Of a DNA stretch of 63,915 bases, positions 1 through 22,075 are shown one piece after another. The DNA comes from Salpingoeca rosetta (taxonomy: Eukaryota; Protista; Choanoflagellata): NCBI GenBank assembly GCA_033442325.1, contig JAWQFM010000011.1, positions 684,873 to 748,787 on the forward strand, written 5' to 3'. The position numbers and the translations under genes are program-made. Position 1 is the stretch's first letter. The number at the start of each line of letters is the position of its first letter. Under the pieces are notes generated by a model. It saw only the letters and a list, made by a program, of their open reading frames with translations, ran no database searches and was not told where the DNA came from.

Positions 1-86
<86 letters not shown>

Positions 87-93
87 GCCACAG

Positions 94-5468
<5,375 letters not shown>

Positions 5469-5980
5469 ACACACACACACACACGCACGCATGTTGCACG
5501 CACTGTGCAGGGTTGTGCTTCTGCCTGCCCCACCCCTTTCTTTGGTCAGTCATCTTGTTGTGTTTGCACATGTTTCTCCCGTTTGTAGTTGTCTCGGGTG
5601 TGTTTGCTTGACTCCACTTTGTGTTGCTGCTGTGTTGTGTACTATACCGCTCAGCTACCACAATGACAAGTAGACATTTCAAGGCACATGAAGTCCTCAA
5701 CGCCACACACATGCACATACACACAAAAAGGCGCGACGTAGACACCGATGATGATGTAATGTAACTCTTTGATAGTGACACATGTCACCGCAACATGAAC
5801 CTTCTACGCCCTCTAAATTGCAAACTCCACTGCTCCAACAACGGCAACAACAGGAGTTGCCGCACTGCTGATGCAGAAACAGGAACGACAGACAACTGCC
5901 ACTTTCACAATGACAGCGATAACGACGACGACGACGACGACGAGAACGATGATAGTACCGTGCCAGCTGCACAGCCATGT

Positions 5981-7983
5981 TTAAGGCCCGTACGGCGGTG
6001 GTGCACGAGGCACGAGCGGGTCTTTGTCGGTTGGCTGGCGGGTGATGACGGGGTTGCGGCCCGCGCTGATGGCCGCGTCACGTGCGTCCAGTTGCAGCTT
6101 GTTCTGCGTCTGGATGCACCCGCAGATGCTGTCGTGGAACGAGACGTGTAAGGTGGGGTGGAATGGAGAGTGGTGTGGTGTGGGGTGGTGAGGTGGCAGG
6201 AATGCCGCGTCAGTGATCCTTGATGTGAGTCAACAACATCTACTGCCAAACAGGCAGCCGCATGCCATCATCCATTCGCATGCATTCGCATGCATTCGCA
6301 TGCACACATACACACACGCAACGTACAGCGTAAAAGCGGTGTCGCCCATGCAGGTGCAGAGGTTTGCTTGCGCGCGGCAGCCAATGCACTTGAGCACCGC
6401 AGCGGCTGCTTTCACCAGACCCAGCATGCACTGAACAAACACGTAGAATAATGTGTGGATGAGATATCGATGATGTGAAATGCAACCACGGGTTGACCTG
6501 AGGTGTGGCAGCTCCCAATTGTGTCGTCACAGACAAACACACACACATACATGTACAAACACATACACATGCATACGCATATACATACGCATACATACAC
6601 ATATACATACACATACATACACATATACATACACATACATACATACACGCACCAGCATGGTTTTGTCGCAGCACGTGTTCTTGAGCTCAAGGTCGTCCTG
6701 CAGCGCCATCCTGGTGCCCATAATGGAGCACGGGTGGAAAAGGACCACCTGATGGCCACACCAGCATTGGCGAGCGCTTGAGCGTGAGCACAGCAACTTC
6801 ACTGGCAATCGCACGCAAACGCAGATGCACATGTTCGTACGCACACACGCATGCACGCACGCACGCAAACACACAAAACACACAAAACACACACACACAC
6901 AACACGCACAACACACACGAGCAAATTGAGATGGCTGTCCTCTTGCGTCTCACACCTCAGCAGCGAGCAAGCAGCCGGGGCACGCAGAATCACGGCAGTA
7001 GCAGCACTCGCACGGCAGGATGCCATATTTGCCAGCACAGCACCTTTCGATGAATGGCATTCACGCGACACAAATGCGTGTGTGTGCGTGTGTGTGTGAA
7101 TATCCGTGAACATGTGGAAAGGTGCGAGGGTACAACTCAACCCAACCAACCACACACGCGCACACACACAGAGCATGCACAGACATGGAGAGCGCACGCA
7201 GGTGCACAGGTGGACGCACTCGTATCTGCTGAGATCGTTCTGGTAGTATCGCTGTCGCAAGTGGAAGGAAACACACTGCCAAACCATATTGCGAGCGAGT
7301 TTGGAGCCGTGGGAGCGAAGCAAGGCAGGGTGAGATCTGTTGCACCTTGGTTTTAGCATCAACAACGTCCCTGGTTATGTGTCGCTCAAGCGCACGCACA
7401 TTCCCTCACTGACACACACACAAACACACAGACACCACACAGACACCACACACACACACACCACACACACACTCTCTCTCCCTCCTTCTCTCTCTCGCAC
7501 ACACACACATACAGACACAGACAAATACGAGCAAACTTACCGGGCTGCAGAGGATAGAGAGGCAAAAGAATCCTGGGTCGGCGCAGGGTGCGCTCCAGAA
7601 GCCCTCATCCCATTCGTTTGTGTACAAGCTGCGATCGGGTTCCAGATCTGCATGACGAGCAAAGCGAAGTGTGATGTGTTAAGCCCATGTTCAGCACCTA
7701 TCTCCTCGCACACCTGCACCGATCGCCACACACACACACACGCACACACACACATACACACACGCACACACACACATACAACACACACAGATGCAACACA
7801 CACACATACACACACACACACAGATGCAACACACACACATTTGGAGGCGTCAATCTGCTGCTGGTTCTGCTGAGGAGGGTACGGTCCCGCGGTCGTTGTG
7901 GACGTTGCCGTGTGCGTGCGGTGGTCGTAGCGGATCACCGTCGTGGTGCCGCCTCCGTGGCTGTTGTGGTTGTACCCACTCAT
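5981..7983 (-). CDS. PLAC8-family Cys-rich protein (plant/algal-like subtype), multi-exon
   Basis: Exons give YTNEWDEGFWSAPCADPGFFCLSILCSP|CVSFHLRQRYYQNDLSRYE|CCAGKYGILPCECCYCRDSACPGCLLAAE|VVLFHPCSIMGTRMALQDDLELKNTCCDK...|ICGCIQTQNKLQLDARD...PPPYGP*. Start MSGYNH at 7983. Confidence 0.85.
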
Positions 7984-8128
7984 CGTCGAGGGAAAGGACC
8001 TGTGTTGGTGGTGCTTGGTGGTGTGTGGAGGAAGGACACGCATGTGTGAATGATGTGACGTGTGCGTTGGATTTGAGTGTGATGACTCATCAACCGCAAC
8101 GGACGGACAAGAGTACAACGGACGGCAG

Positions 8129-11181
<3,053 letters not shown>

Positions 11182-11511
11182 TCCAATTCATGCCACCCTC
11201 ATCAAAGAGGTGTGCCTGTGAGTGTAGTTGATGCCCGTTGGCAGGAGCAGTTGACACATTCCACCAGCGTCATTTCTCCTCTCTGTGTATATTTCTATCT
11301 CCTTCGCCCCTCGCATTGTCTGTACACACCCAATGCGCCTTGCTGCCTTGCTGCCTCGCTGCCTCGCTTCCTTGCTTCCTTGCTCTTTTCATTGTGTTGC
11401 GATCCATTGACAATACACCTCAACCCCCCCCCCCCCCATATCCTGCATATCCATCGCACAACACCAAAGACAAAGCACCCAGGAGACAATGCAAGTGCCT
11501 TTGTTCGCAAG

Positions 11512-14500
11512 TCATGTGCGCGTGGCAACAATCTTGGCAAAGTTGGTGGACATGTGTGTGGAGTAGGGGCCGCGCTGTTGCACTGGAAGACATTTCAGCA
11601 GTCGCAGCGACACGGAGCACAGCGAACGCGCCATGTTGCGGTCCTGCCGTGAGAAGCACTCAATGCCTCGATTCCAAACCTGCAGCAGGCGCAGCGCAAC
11701 CAGAGGGAGAGAATAAGAGACCCATCTTTTTGCACATCAGCAATGCACAATCACCACGAAAAAGCACTACAGGCAGCACTGCGTGTATATAATGAGCTCG
11801 CCGCATAGCCCGTCACTTCCAAAGTGGAACTGCAACCACCAACCTTGATCATGACACACAAAATATCCTCAGCAGCCTGTGCATCAAGGTCAACAGCCAC
11901 ACAAGTTGGCAATTGGAATCAGCGCGCATGACTCAAAAAAATAGCGCGCACAGGCACACACGCACACACAATATACACACAGGCACACAGGCACATGTAT
12001 ACACACAGGCACATGTATACACATACGCACATGTACACACATACACACATGCGCACACAGACAGGTATGGGTTCGCTGTGGGTACCGGCGTTGGTAGTAT
12101 TGTGGCGCTTTTCTTCTCCATGTTTGTGGCCAAGGTGCGTGCAATTTCGAGTGTGGCACTGTCGTCCCCCAACTGGGCAAGGATGTCCGCAATGCTGCGG
12201 AACAGCGGCCTGTTGGGTTTGGTTGGACAATGTGGAAACAAAATGAGCCATGGGCTGAAGCATGAGACTCTATCAGCTGCACATATACATGTCAGGATGG
12301 CAAAGACGCAGCTCGATACACATGCACACATAAAGTCGCACACAAACACAACCACAAACACACAAACAAACACACACAAGCACAAACACACACGCACACG
12401 CACACGCACACACAAACACAAACACAAACACAAATACAAACACAAATACAAACACAAACACAAACACGCCACCAGGGGCACGCTTCACACTGCGATCTTA
12501 CGTTTTGTCTGTGAAGCTGTCCGTGTCGGTGACAATGCCTTCGTGGAGGATGCTGCGGGCAAGCTGCTTATCGCCGTGGCTCAGCGCCAGACCTGTGTCA
12601 CACGACAAGCGGTGGACCTTGACCGTAAAACCACTGCTTGCTTGGCTGCAGTTTGTGGTACAACCCCACACGCACGCCATTGTCTTCCCCTTCTCCCACA
12701 ACACAAAAGGCAAGCACACGCTCTCAAACTCACCAGCTAAGATTTCGTAGCACGTGAGTGGGTTGCTGAGACCACGCGCCTCCTGCCACACCTGCAATCA
12801 CACAGAGCCCGCAGTGAACCTGAGATCATAACGCGCTCAACACACACGATGCACACCAAATTGCACACTGCACATCACACGTTGCACACTACGCAATACA
12901 CATCAACCACAATCACCAACTCTCCACCCCAGCACAAACACACACGTACACACACGTACACATATGGTCGCATCACCAACAACCTTGAGGAGCTCGTTGT
13001 CCTTGATGGTGAGGGCAATGTCAAACTGGAGAATGATGGCCAGGATCTTGTCGCGTTCGCGTCGTGCGGATGTGGCGGCCGGATCACCCGATGACGATGA
13101 CAGCAGCGGTGCAGATGCAGACGACGCTGTGGCTGAGCCGTCGTCGAGAATCGCCGAGCGGTACACCTCGATGGCGCGCTGGGCGTGAATTGCGTCGGCG
13201 TGCGAAGGCGTGTGTCGCTCCTTCGTGCGGCTGACATAGCACGCTGCCGCCAGTAGTGATGAGCGCGCTTTTCGCCGCCGCGCTTCGGGCTTTGACATCA
13301 TGTCATCAAACTGCACGCAAGCCGAGGCGGTTGATGTGGGAGGCTTGATGAATGAGGGAAACAAGTGGGCGAGATGTGGATGTGTGTTTGGGTTTGTTTT
13401 GTACGTGTGCTCTGTGTGCGCGCGTGTGTGTGCGTGCGTGTGTGTGTGTGTGTGCTGTGGTGCTATGTGACGTGCATGCATGCAAAGTGCGTGTGCGTAT
13501 GTGTTGCGGGCAAACTGCTGCACCTGTGAGAGATACAACCTCATCTTCACGAACCTGAAAGCTCAGCTCAAACAGCGGTGCCGCAGTCCTGGGCTCCACC
13601 ACACGACTCACATGTACAGCAATGTTCCAGGCTGGCGTCATGTGCACGTGTGTATGTGTGTGGTGTGTGAGTGTGTGAGTGTGTGTGAGTGTGTGTGAGT
13701 GTGTGTGTACGTGTGTGTACGTGTGTGTGTGAGTGTACACCACACACACATACGCCACACACACATACACCACACACACACACGCACAAACGCATTTGCA
13801 AGCAACAGGCGGTGTTGTTGTGCATGTGGGGATCATTTCAACGCAGTTTGCACGCACGTGCAATTGTTCCAAAGCAACTCACTCATCCGGGCAAACCAGT
13901 CAATGTCCAATGCCTTGTCCTCCGCGCTGTGCTTTTCCTGTTGCTGTTGTTGCTGTTGAGCGCATGATCCCTGTTGACGACACGCAGCCAGTGCTGGTTT
14001 TGGCAGACCAAGGAAGGGGTGAATCACATGCAAGCAATGCAGACAGCAGTGCCGCAAACCTGCAGCAGAAGGGCGTACCACAAACACAAACAGAAGGGCG
14101 TACCACAAACAAAAGGGCGTACCACACCCTCACACCCTCACCCTCACATGCACACACACACTTCCGCGCTCACACATACGCACGCACGCTCAAGCAACAC
14201 GACAAACCCTGTTTGCCGGTTGATGTCACGTCGTCCAGCAGTGACGTTGAGCTAACACCAAGAAATGTAAGCAGGCAAATGTCTTGTGTGAGAGCATGAG
14301 AAGCAAGTCACGCACCTAGGCACACTCTGGCACACCCTTGTCATAAGCAGTCCATGCAAACGCTAACACACACACACACACACAGCACACACAAAGCTTA
14401 CACGACTGTTGGCAGGCTCTTCAGTTCTCGAATGATGAGTCGAAGATGGCACCTCAACAGCAACACCTGGTGTGGCGCTTTCTCCTCCACAAGCGCCTGT

Positions 14501-15674
14501 ATGTTGTTAGCATGATTGTGAGCATTTGACAGGTTTAAGCGATGGAGCCAGTCATGCTTGAAATCGGCGTGTAGGTGCAAATAAGCGTGTTCTTCAAAGT
14601 GTGTGCATGTTTGAGCTCGTATGCAGTGTGTGTACAAGTGTGTGCAAAAGAGAGAGAGTGTGTGTGTGCACTTGGGTTCACAACAACGCCGTGGGAGTAT
14701 GTTGACTGGCATGGCCAACATCAAACAGAGTGTGCACTGCGTGGACTGCATGTGTTTGTGCTTGTACAACGGCTGCCGCAAGTCGTACCTTGAGGACAGT
14801 CCGAGCGCACTGGCGCGAAGACGCTTCGAAGCAGTCTTGAAACGCCAAGCTCAGCAGCCCCAGCTTGCTCTCTGGCCCTTGGTTCGCGCCTTCTCCTTCC
14901 TGGTGACTGATCAGTTCAAGCAGTGCCTTTCGTGCTAAGCACGGGTGCATGTTGACGATGAGGTTGCTCACAGTGAATTCGGGGACATGAAGCCATCGAC
15001 AAACGCACACATACGTGCACTTACAACGCACAAAGCAGCATGCAACCACGCACACATGCAGACTTCGCTGTGCACGAAGAAAGAAGTTGCACACGGTGGT
15101 ACACAGTGGCAACTAAAGGGCAATTGCACCCCAAGTTGCGTACAGATAGCAACACACATCAACCTCTTCCACTCACACAACTCACCGTTCTCTTCGTCCT
15201 TGGAGAGGATGTACAGGCGAAACGAGAGGTAGGACAGGCGCAATGAGGACTGGCTGCGATCGCTGCTCCTGCTGGAGCGTGCTTGCTGCAGTGCAAGTTT
15301 GGCCTCATCAAGCCGATTGAGTCGCAGCAGACACCAGATTCGCATCGCCTGCAAGAAAGGTGGTCGGTTGCATATGGCAAGGACTCGGCTGAGTGGGTGG
15401 CGATGACGTGGGTCTGTGTGTGGCGATGAAATAGTACATGGCCGGCTGCGGATATCGTAGTCAGCACACGTTCACGCAGGTGGAAGCGTTGGCTGTGATA
15501 CCCAATGTCCCTCCTCCCATAACCACACCAACGAGCGGGATGTGGACAACAGGATGCAACATCAAACCTGCCACTGCGTCCCGTCCTCTGATGACATGCT
15601 TGTCGTGATATTTGCTGAGTTGCCGACGTTCAGAGCTTGCAGCGCTCGGTCAACGTCCTCTTCCTGTTGGTGAG

Positions 15675-15737
<63 letters not shown>

Positions 15738-16723
15738 TGCATGTGCAAACACACACGCATACACGCACAACCACACCAACACACATGTGAGCTGAGCTCC
15801 AACAAGCCAGCAGTGACATGCACGTTGTCTGGCACGAGGGACACACTGATAGTGTTGTCACCTGAATGGCGTTGGCGGCTGCGTTCCAGAGGGCAAGGCG
15901 CACACGCTCCTGGTGCACCAACTGCTTCCACAGCTGCGCATCAACCATCTCTGTTGCAACAACACAAGCATGCAGGTTCAAGGCACGCTCCAAGTACATA
16001 GCTGCGTGCTTTCCTGTCACACAGTACCAGGTGTCAGTCGTGGCAGTGGTTGTGCAGACCACGAAGAAACGTACCTTTGAGGGATTGGATGTCTGTCGTT
16101 CGCTTTTGGTCGAGCATCGCGCTGAGCAGAAGGGTGAGTGCCGCTGTCTTGGTGTCGCTTGAATGCAGGTTCTGCTGTAGCATGTGGGCAGCTTCCAGCA
16201 GGTGCTGGCTTTCAACTTTCCTACAATCAACATCCGCAGGGACAGTGAAGCAAGCCGTCGTCAGCAGCATCTACAGCAGCAGTGAAGACAGCAGCAGCGA
16301 CATGTGTCGTGCACATACGGGTGATCGCGAAGGGCCTGCAACATGTCCTTAACAACGTCCAAGAGCACCGTCGCGTCTGGTGGGCGTCGCAACAATGACC
16401 CCAAGCCTGTCAAATAGACACCACAAACGCAAGTGGGATGTGAACGCATGATGTTTGTCACGGAACGGGGGTGGCGTGAAGCAGTTGGTTGTCTGTGGAA
16501 ACAGGTCGGCTGGGGTGATGATGATGCAACCTCTTCACAAAGCACAATGTATACACAGCTACGCGCACATTCGCAGCAGACATCACACACGCACAAGCAC
16601 GTACACCAACACAGTCGCGCACGCACACCAGCACCGATGCGCACGCACACCAACACAGTTGCGCGCGCACACCAACACCGTTGTGCATACTCACAGCAGA
16701 CATTACACACGCTAACACACACC

Positions 16724-16813
<90 letters not shown>

Positions 16814-17737
16814 CACACACACACACACACCGTTGAGGATGGGGGCGGCGGAATCTGATGCTGTCGTGTAAATGCGTGATTTCAGGCCTAGGCTCAGTGC
16901 ATACTCGGTTGGGGAGATCGCATCGACTTCAATGGCGCTGATCAGGGCCAGAGCCTTGTCAGGTTGACCAAGCTGAAGCGTGCACCAAGACATGGCGCGA
17001 ATCACCTGACACTTCTGATTCGCGTGGCTCACGTGGTTCAGGATGAGGGAGAGGGTTTCGTGTGCCAGTGTGTGCTCCTTGTGCTCCAAGCAGGTGAGTG
17101 CAGAGCGATGCATGATGGCGATGACGCGCTCTTGGTGGCTACCAGCTTGCAGCAGAGCGGCAGCTTCTTGCAGGGTCACACGCGCCTTCTGGTATTCCTT
17201 CTGTGCAAGCGCTGCCCGCGTTCGCAGCTCCAACAGCCGGAGCCATTGTGTCTTGTTGTCATCGTGCAGCGTGCCTTGTTGTGACACTGCCCATGCAGCA
17301 TCAAAGGCCTGCAGTGCTGCGCCAGAGTCGCCAAGCTTGGACCACGACGTACCCACGCCCATGCAAATCGACTGTGCAATGTATGGTATGTGTGTGTGTG
17401 GTGTGTATGATGTGTCAATGTGTGTGTGTGTGTTGTGTTGTGTGTGTGTGTGTGTGTGCGTGTGTTGTGTTGTGTGTGTGTGTGTGAGTGAGTGAGTGAG
17501 AGTGAGAGGCAGAGAGAGCGCGCGCGCACACAAAATGTGATGGCAAGTCCACCAGTGAGTTGAGGACTGCATGTGGTATCAATCACGCGGGTAATGACAG
17601 TCCAAAGCCGAGTGAGCATGTCACACTGTAATGGTCAAAGTAACACCTGACCATTTGACTTTGTCGAACACCGTCATTGTGGCTTGGGCCATGGATCATC
17701 AGCAGGTGCATACATTCTGTTCGAACTGTTGTGTGTG

Positions 17738-17814
<77 letters not shown>

Positions 17815-18135
17815 ATGTGTGTGTGTGTGTGTGCTTGGATGTTAATGTGGTGTTTTGAGAGCGCATGTGTTAGCTGATGGGGGGTGAGTGAGTGTGTGAG
17901 TGTGTGCGTGCCAACCGTACACACACACGCGCGTATGGTTTGGTGGAACCATACCTTGACATGTGTCTTTGCTGATTGGCAGGGTGATTGTGTGGTTCCA
18001 GAGGCGTCGAGCAGCAGAGTACAGCTCTTCTTCGCCAAGCGCTTGCTGTTTCGCATACTCTGTTGCCTTGACAGCGAGCCGAGCCTTTTCGCCGCTCTCG
18101 TCGCAATCCAGCACAGCGGAGACGCGCTTCTCCAT
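11512..18135 (-). CDS. TEX11: Meiotic ZMM TPR scaffold TEX11/ZIP4/Spo22, multi-exon
   Basis: N-terminal EEELYSAARRLWNHTI; TPR helices; RLALWNAAANAIQ..AMRIWCLLRLNRLDEAKLALQQA; LLLRCHLRLII; IDWFARMSWNIAV; C-terminal EDILCVMIKVWNRGIECFSRQDRNMARSLCSVSLRLL..*. These blocks are collinear with recalled TEX11 motifs (LWNW, ILWRQAA, WFRKTAWNLAV, WLMVKSWNTG). Internal exon boundaries are approximate. Confidence 0.85.
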
Positions 18136-18492
18136 GGCTGTGCTGCTCGTAGTTGCTTGTCGTTGCTTGTCGTTGCTTGTCGTTGTGCTCTGGTTGTGCA
18201 AGCAGGCGGCTCCTCAGGTCGATGTGTCGTGCTGTTTGCTTAATTGCCTCTTGTCTCGTGGTGTTGTACTCTGGGCTGTGCACCGGTTCTGCGAGCAGGA
18301 TGACGACAGCTTGCAAATGCGACCAGCCACAAGTGCAACATTGGCCGACCGCAGTGCCGCCAAAGAAGACTTGCGCTGTAGTTTGCTGCTTGTGCTGCAT
18401 GTCATGTCGAAGCACACACAGTCGGCGCGAACAACATGCCATAAGTGTGTCCTCCATTTACATTCAGCCGTTCATTCCCATTTTGTTGTTCG

Positions 18493-18597
18493 TTTTGGCG
18501 GGAAAACCAATTGCACACGTTTGTTGACGTTTGTGCACGCGTTCGCGACTGTAAAGAAGAATGAATTGATGATGGCAAGGGGGTCTTCCCGCCAAAA
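18493..18597. promoter_or_regulatory. Two inverted E2F/DP-type sites in the TEX11-DMC1 intergenic region
   Basis: TTTTGGCGGGAAAA at 18493-18506 and TTCCCGCCAAAA at 18586-18597 form an exact 12-bp inverted pair matching the E2F consensus TTTSSCGSSAAA. Confidence 0.6.
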
Positions 18598-18994
18598 TAA
18601 ACCACCAACAACGAACCTTTCACACACACACACACACACCCTCTCTCTACTGCACAAAACATCCATGCACCTGTGCACACATAGTTCCGTTGTCAATTCC
18701 CTGCACACTGGCAGTTGTTCTTGTTGCTCTCGCAACGCTGTTCTCCAGCGATTACCCTACCATGAGACCATGCGCGTCCGATGCGTTTGCAACTTGGCGC
18801 TGCTTCTGAGCAATGGTCATTTCCATCAACCACGGTTCAAGCCAACTGCACATCGAGTCAACTACACCGCACACAAGAGCACCGCCAGCGAAACAACAAC
18901 AGAACGACGCATTGCCCTCCACAATCCCCGCTGATATCACGCTGCATAACACCAACAGCTTCTCTTCCGCACACATACACACACGACCGGCGCG

Positions 18995-21128
18995 ATGGCA
19001 ACCGAAGTTGAGGGTCAAATCCCCATGGAGGAGGGCGAGGGAGAGGAGCTGGATATGATCGAGAAGCTCCAAACCGTCGGCATTGGGTATGTGTGTGTAT
19101 GTGTGTGTGTGTGCGACGCAAGGCGGACGTCTTGCTGATTGGCCGGCTTGTTTGTTTGAGAGCCTGCTTGCCAATGTGCTGCCATTCAAACACAACATCT
19201 CTTCTCACGTCCTTTGCATGCCCTCATTTGTCCCCTCTTTTGATGTAGCATGTCAGACATCACCAAACTCAAGAACGCGGGCTTCTTCACGGTCAAGTCG
19301 GTCATTCTCATTCACCCGAAGAAGCTCAAGGAGCTCAAAGGCTTCTCCGAAGCCAAAGTCGAAAAGGTGTGTATGTGTGTGTGTGTGTGCTTGTCTTGTT
19401 TGAGCTGATTGTCGTGTTTGAGTTGATTGTGCGACGTCAATCCGGCTGCTTTCACTCGTACGGCATTCAGCCATGCTCCAATACCCCGACTCCTTCAATC
19501 ATCCACTCCCTCGCTCACTCTTGGCTCTCACATACACACACATACACATACACACACATACACACTCTTGGTCCTCACACACACACACACTCACGCGCAC
19601 ACTCGCACACCCACTTTTTCTAGGTTCTGGACGCGGCAAAGAAGCTCGCAGTTGGCGACTCCCCGTTTGTGACTGCCGCTAACTTTCTCGAGGCACGTCA
19701 GCAGGTGTTCTTCATCTCCACCGGCGCTAAGGAACTTGACGCCATCCTTGGCGGCGGTATCGAGAGCCAGCAGATCACAGAGGTGAGGTACCAACACGAC
19801 ACGCTGGCTTGGGGCGCAAGCAAGAGCAACATCACATACATACATATGTCTGCATTCCTCTGTTCCGTGACCCTGCTTCTGTACTCGGGCGTCTGGTTTC
19901 AATGCCTAACCCTTGGTATGCCTGCGCGCTGCACCCACTTGCTTGTAGATCCATGGCGAGTACAGGACTGGCAAGTCGCAAATCTGCATGACCTTGGTGA
20001 GTGAGACGTGGGCGTTTGAATGGGACACGGTCGTTTGGTGTGGAGGCGTAGAGGAGTGGAGGAGCGGAAGAGTGGAGGAGTGGAGGAGTGGAGTGGAAGG
20101 GGTTCAAGTATGTTGGGCTATCGAGTGCGTTGGATAAGCGTTTCCTTCCTTGATGCCATCAGCGCTCCACACCTCAACATCAAACGCACGCGCTCACACT
20201 GTGCTCACATCACATCCACCTGCGTGTTGTCCTGTCACTCGCCACTCGCTACTGTCTGGCAGTGCATCTCTGCGCAAGTGCCAACAGATGAGACGAATTA
20301 CTCTGGCGGGAAGGTGATTTACATTGACACAGAGGGCGCCTTCAGGCCGGAGCGCCTGGAGGGGATCTGCGATCGCTTCAACGTTGACTACCAGGCAGCT
20401 CTCAACAACGTCTACTTCTGTCGCGCATACAACAGCGAGCAACTGGTCTGTGGTGTTATGCTTCGAACGCATGATCACATACATCCCACGCTCAACCTCA
20501 ATCAAAGATCCATAGCACGTGTTTCGTTGACACATTTCTCTCACTGCAAGCACGCATAGACTTTCAGTCCTTCTCATATGCACTCACTCATGTCTGCGCC
20601 CTCTCTTTGGCTGGCGAAACGTCCTTCTCCCGCTGTTCTGTCTTGGCTCACAACAGGCCACCTTGATGGCCGATGTTGGTGCCATTCTTGCGCAAGAGGC
20701 TGGCATCGTCCGCCTCCTTATCATCGACTCCATTATGGCCACGTTCCGCACCGACTACTGCGGCCGCGGCGAGCTCGCAGAGCGACAACAGATGCTGAAC
20801 CAGGTCCTCGCTGCCATCAAGCGGCTGGCCGAGGAATGGAACCTTGCTGTCGTCCTCACAAACCAGGTCAGCTCATGCATGTGCTGTGGAAAGACACCTC
20901 GTGATTCTTGCTGTATTGTTGCTGCAAGCATTTGGTCATCTCGTGCCATCCATCGTTGACCGTTCACATGCATGCGGGATGCTGTGCTCGTCGTTGTCTC
21001 AGATGTGCTCAGATCCAGGCGCGACAATGTCGTTCGTCTCCGACCCAAAGAAGGTTACGGATGCGCTTTCACTTTTGTTGAGATGGACGCGGCTCAAAGC
21101 ACTTTAACCACACACACTCCCACTCGAC

Positions 21129-21159
<31 letters not shown>

Positions 21160-21720
21160 CATACATACATACATACATACATACATACATACATACATAC
21201 ATACATACATACATACATACATACACATCCAAACTCCCGCCCGACTCACACATGACTCCCCTCCCCACACACATACATGCACACAGCCTGTTGGAGGCCA
21301 CATCCTGGCACATGCAGTGCAAACACGCCTCTCCCTGCGCAAAGGCAGCGGCGAGCAACGCTTTGCCAAGGTATGACAGACAATGTTACGCTAGGATAAG
21401 GTGTAATTGGGCGGGGGGGGGAGGAGAGAGAGGGATTGATGTACATGTACACGTATTCAGCACTGCCAGGTACATCCTGGCCACAGCAGTTAACATCATT
21501 CGCATGCACACAGGCAAATATGAATTGAATCCACGTTATCACAAACTCAACGCTCGCATCACAAACTCAACTCTCACATCCATGCCTTCCGCCCCTCACG
21601 CGTAACGCACGCCATCCAACACCAAACTACACCCACAACCAGCTTGTGTGCTCGTCCCGGTTCTCGGAGAAGGACGCAAGCTTCAATCTGACCGAAGGTG
21701 GCGTGGCCAACAGCGAGTGA
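18995..21720 (+). CDS. DMC1: Meiosis-specific recombinase DMC1, multi-exon
   Basis: ISTGAKELDAILGGGIES, Walker A GEYRTGKSQ, YIDTEGAFRPER, Walker B LLIIDS, GRGELAERQQ, DPGATMSFVSDPKKPVGGHILAHA. ELAERQQ, DPGATM and GGHILAH are DMC1-type rather than RAD51-type. TGA ends at 21720. Confidence 0.95.
21131..21225 (+). repeat. (CATA)n intronic microsatellite
   Basis: Perfect tetranucleotide run in a DMC1 intron. Confidence 0.95.
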
Positions 21721-21981
21721 TCCCTTTCGCGCAAGGTACAGCCGCACGCGACCACACCACACGCTGGCGTTGTGGGGATGGGCAGATGCGAGGCGCGCGA
21801 GGGCGGTGGGTTCACATGAGTGATGAGTGACAGTGAGTTTGTTTGACCAGTAAAAGCTACAGCGAAAACCATCGATGAAATCCCGACAGCAAAGCAGCAC
21901 AAGAGGGGTGTGGCAGAGTGCACTGCAAGTCGGGGGCAACGCAAAGACATGCATTGAGACATATAGACACCCATGCACACA

Positions 21982-22024
<43 letters not shown>

Positions 22025-22075
22025 ACATACACACACACACACACATTGGCACGCGCGCACTTACGGAGGCTGGCC

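Noticed and set aside
14066-14130. AAGGGCGTACCACA x3
   Set aside because: A simple intronic tandem duplication next to a TEX11 acceptor; no evidence of function.
17963-18934. 323-aa plus-strand ORF between TEX11 and DMC1
   Set aside because: It is antisense to TEX11 exon 1 and spans the promoter, starts at a non-ATG codon, and has no recognisable domain.
18995-21720. Assignment of the recombinase as RAD51
   Set aside because: Diagnostic residues ELAERQQ, DPGATM and GGHILAH are DMC1-type.
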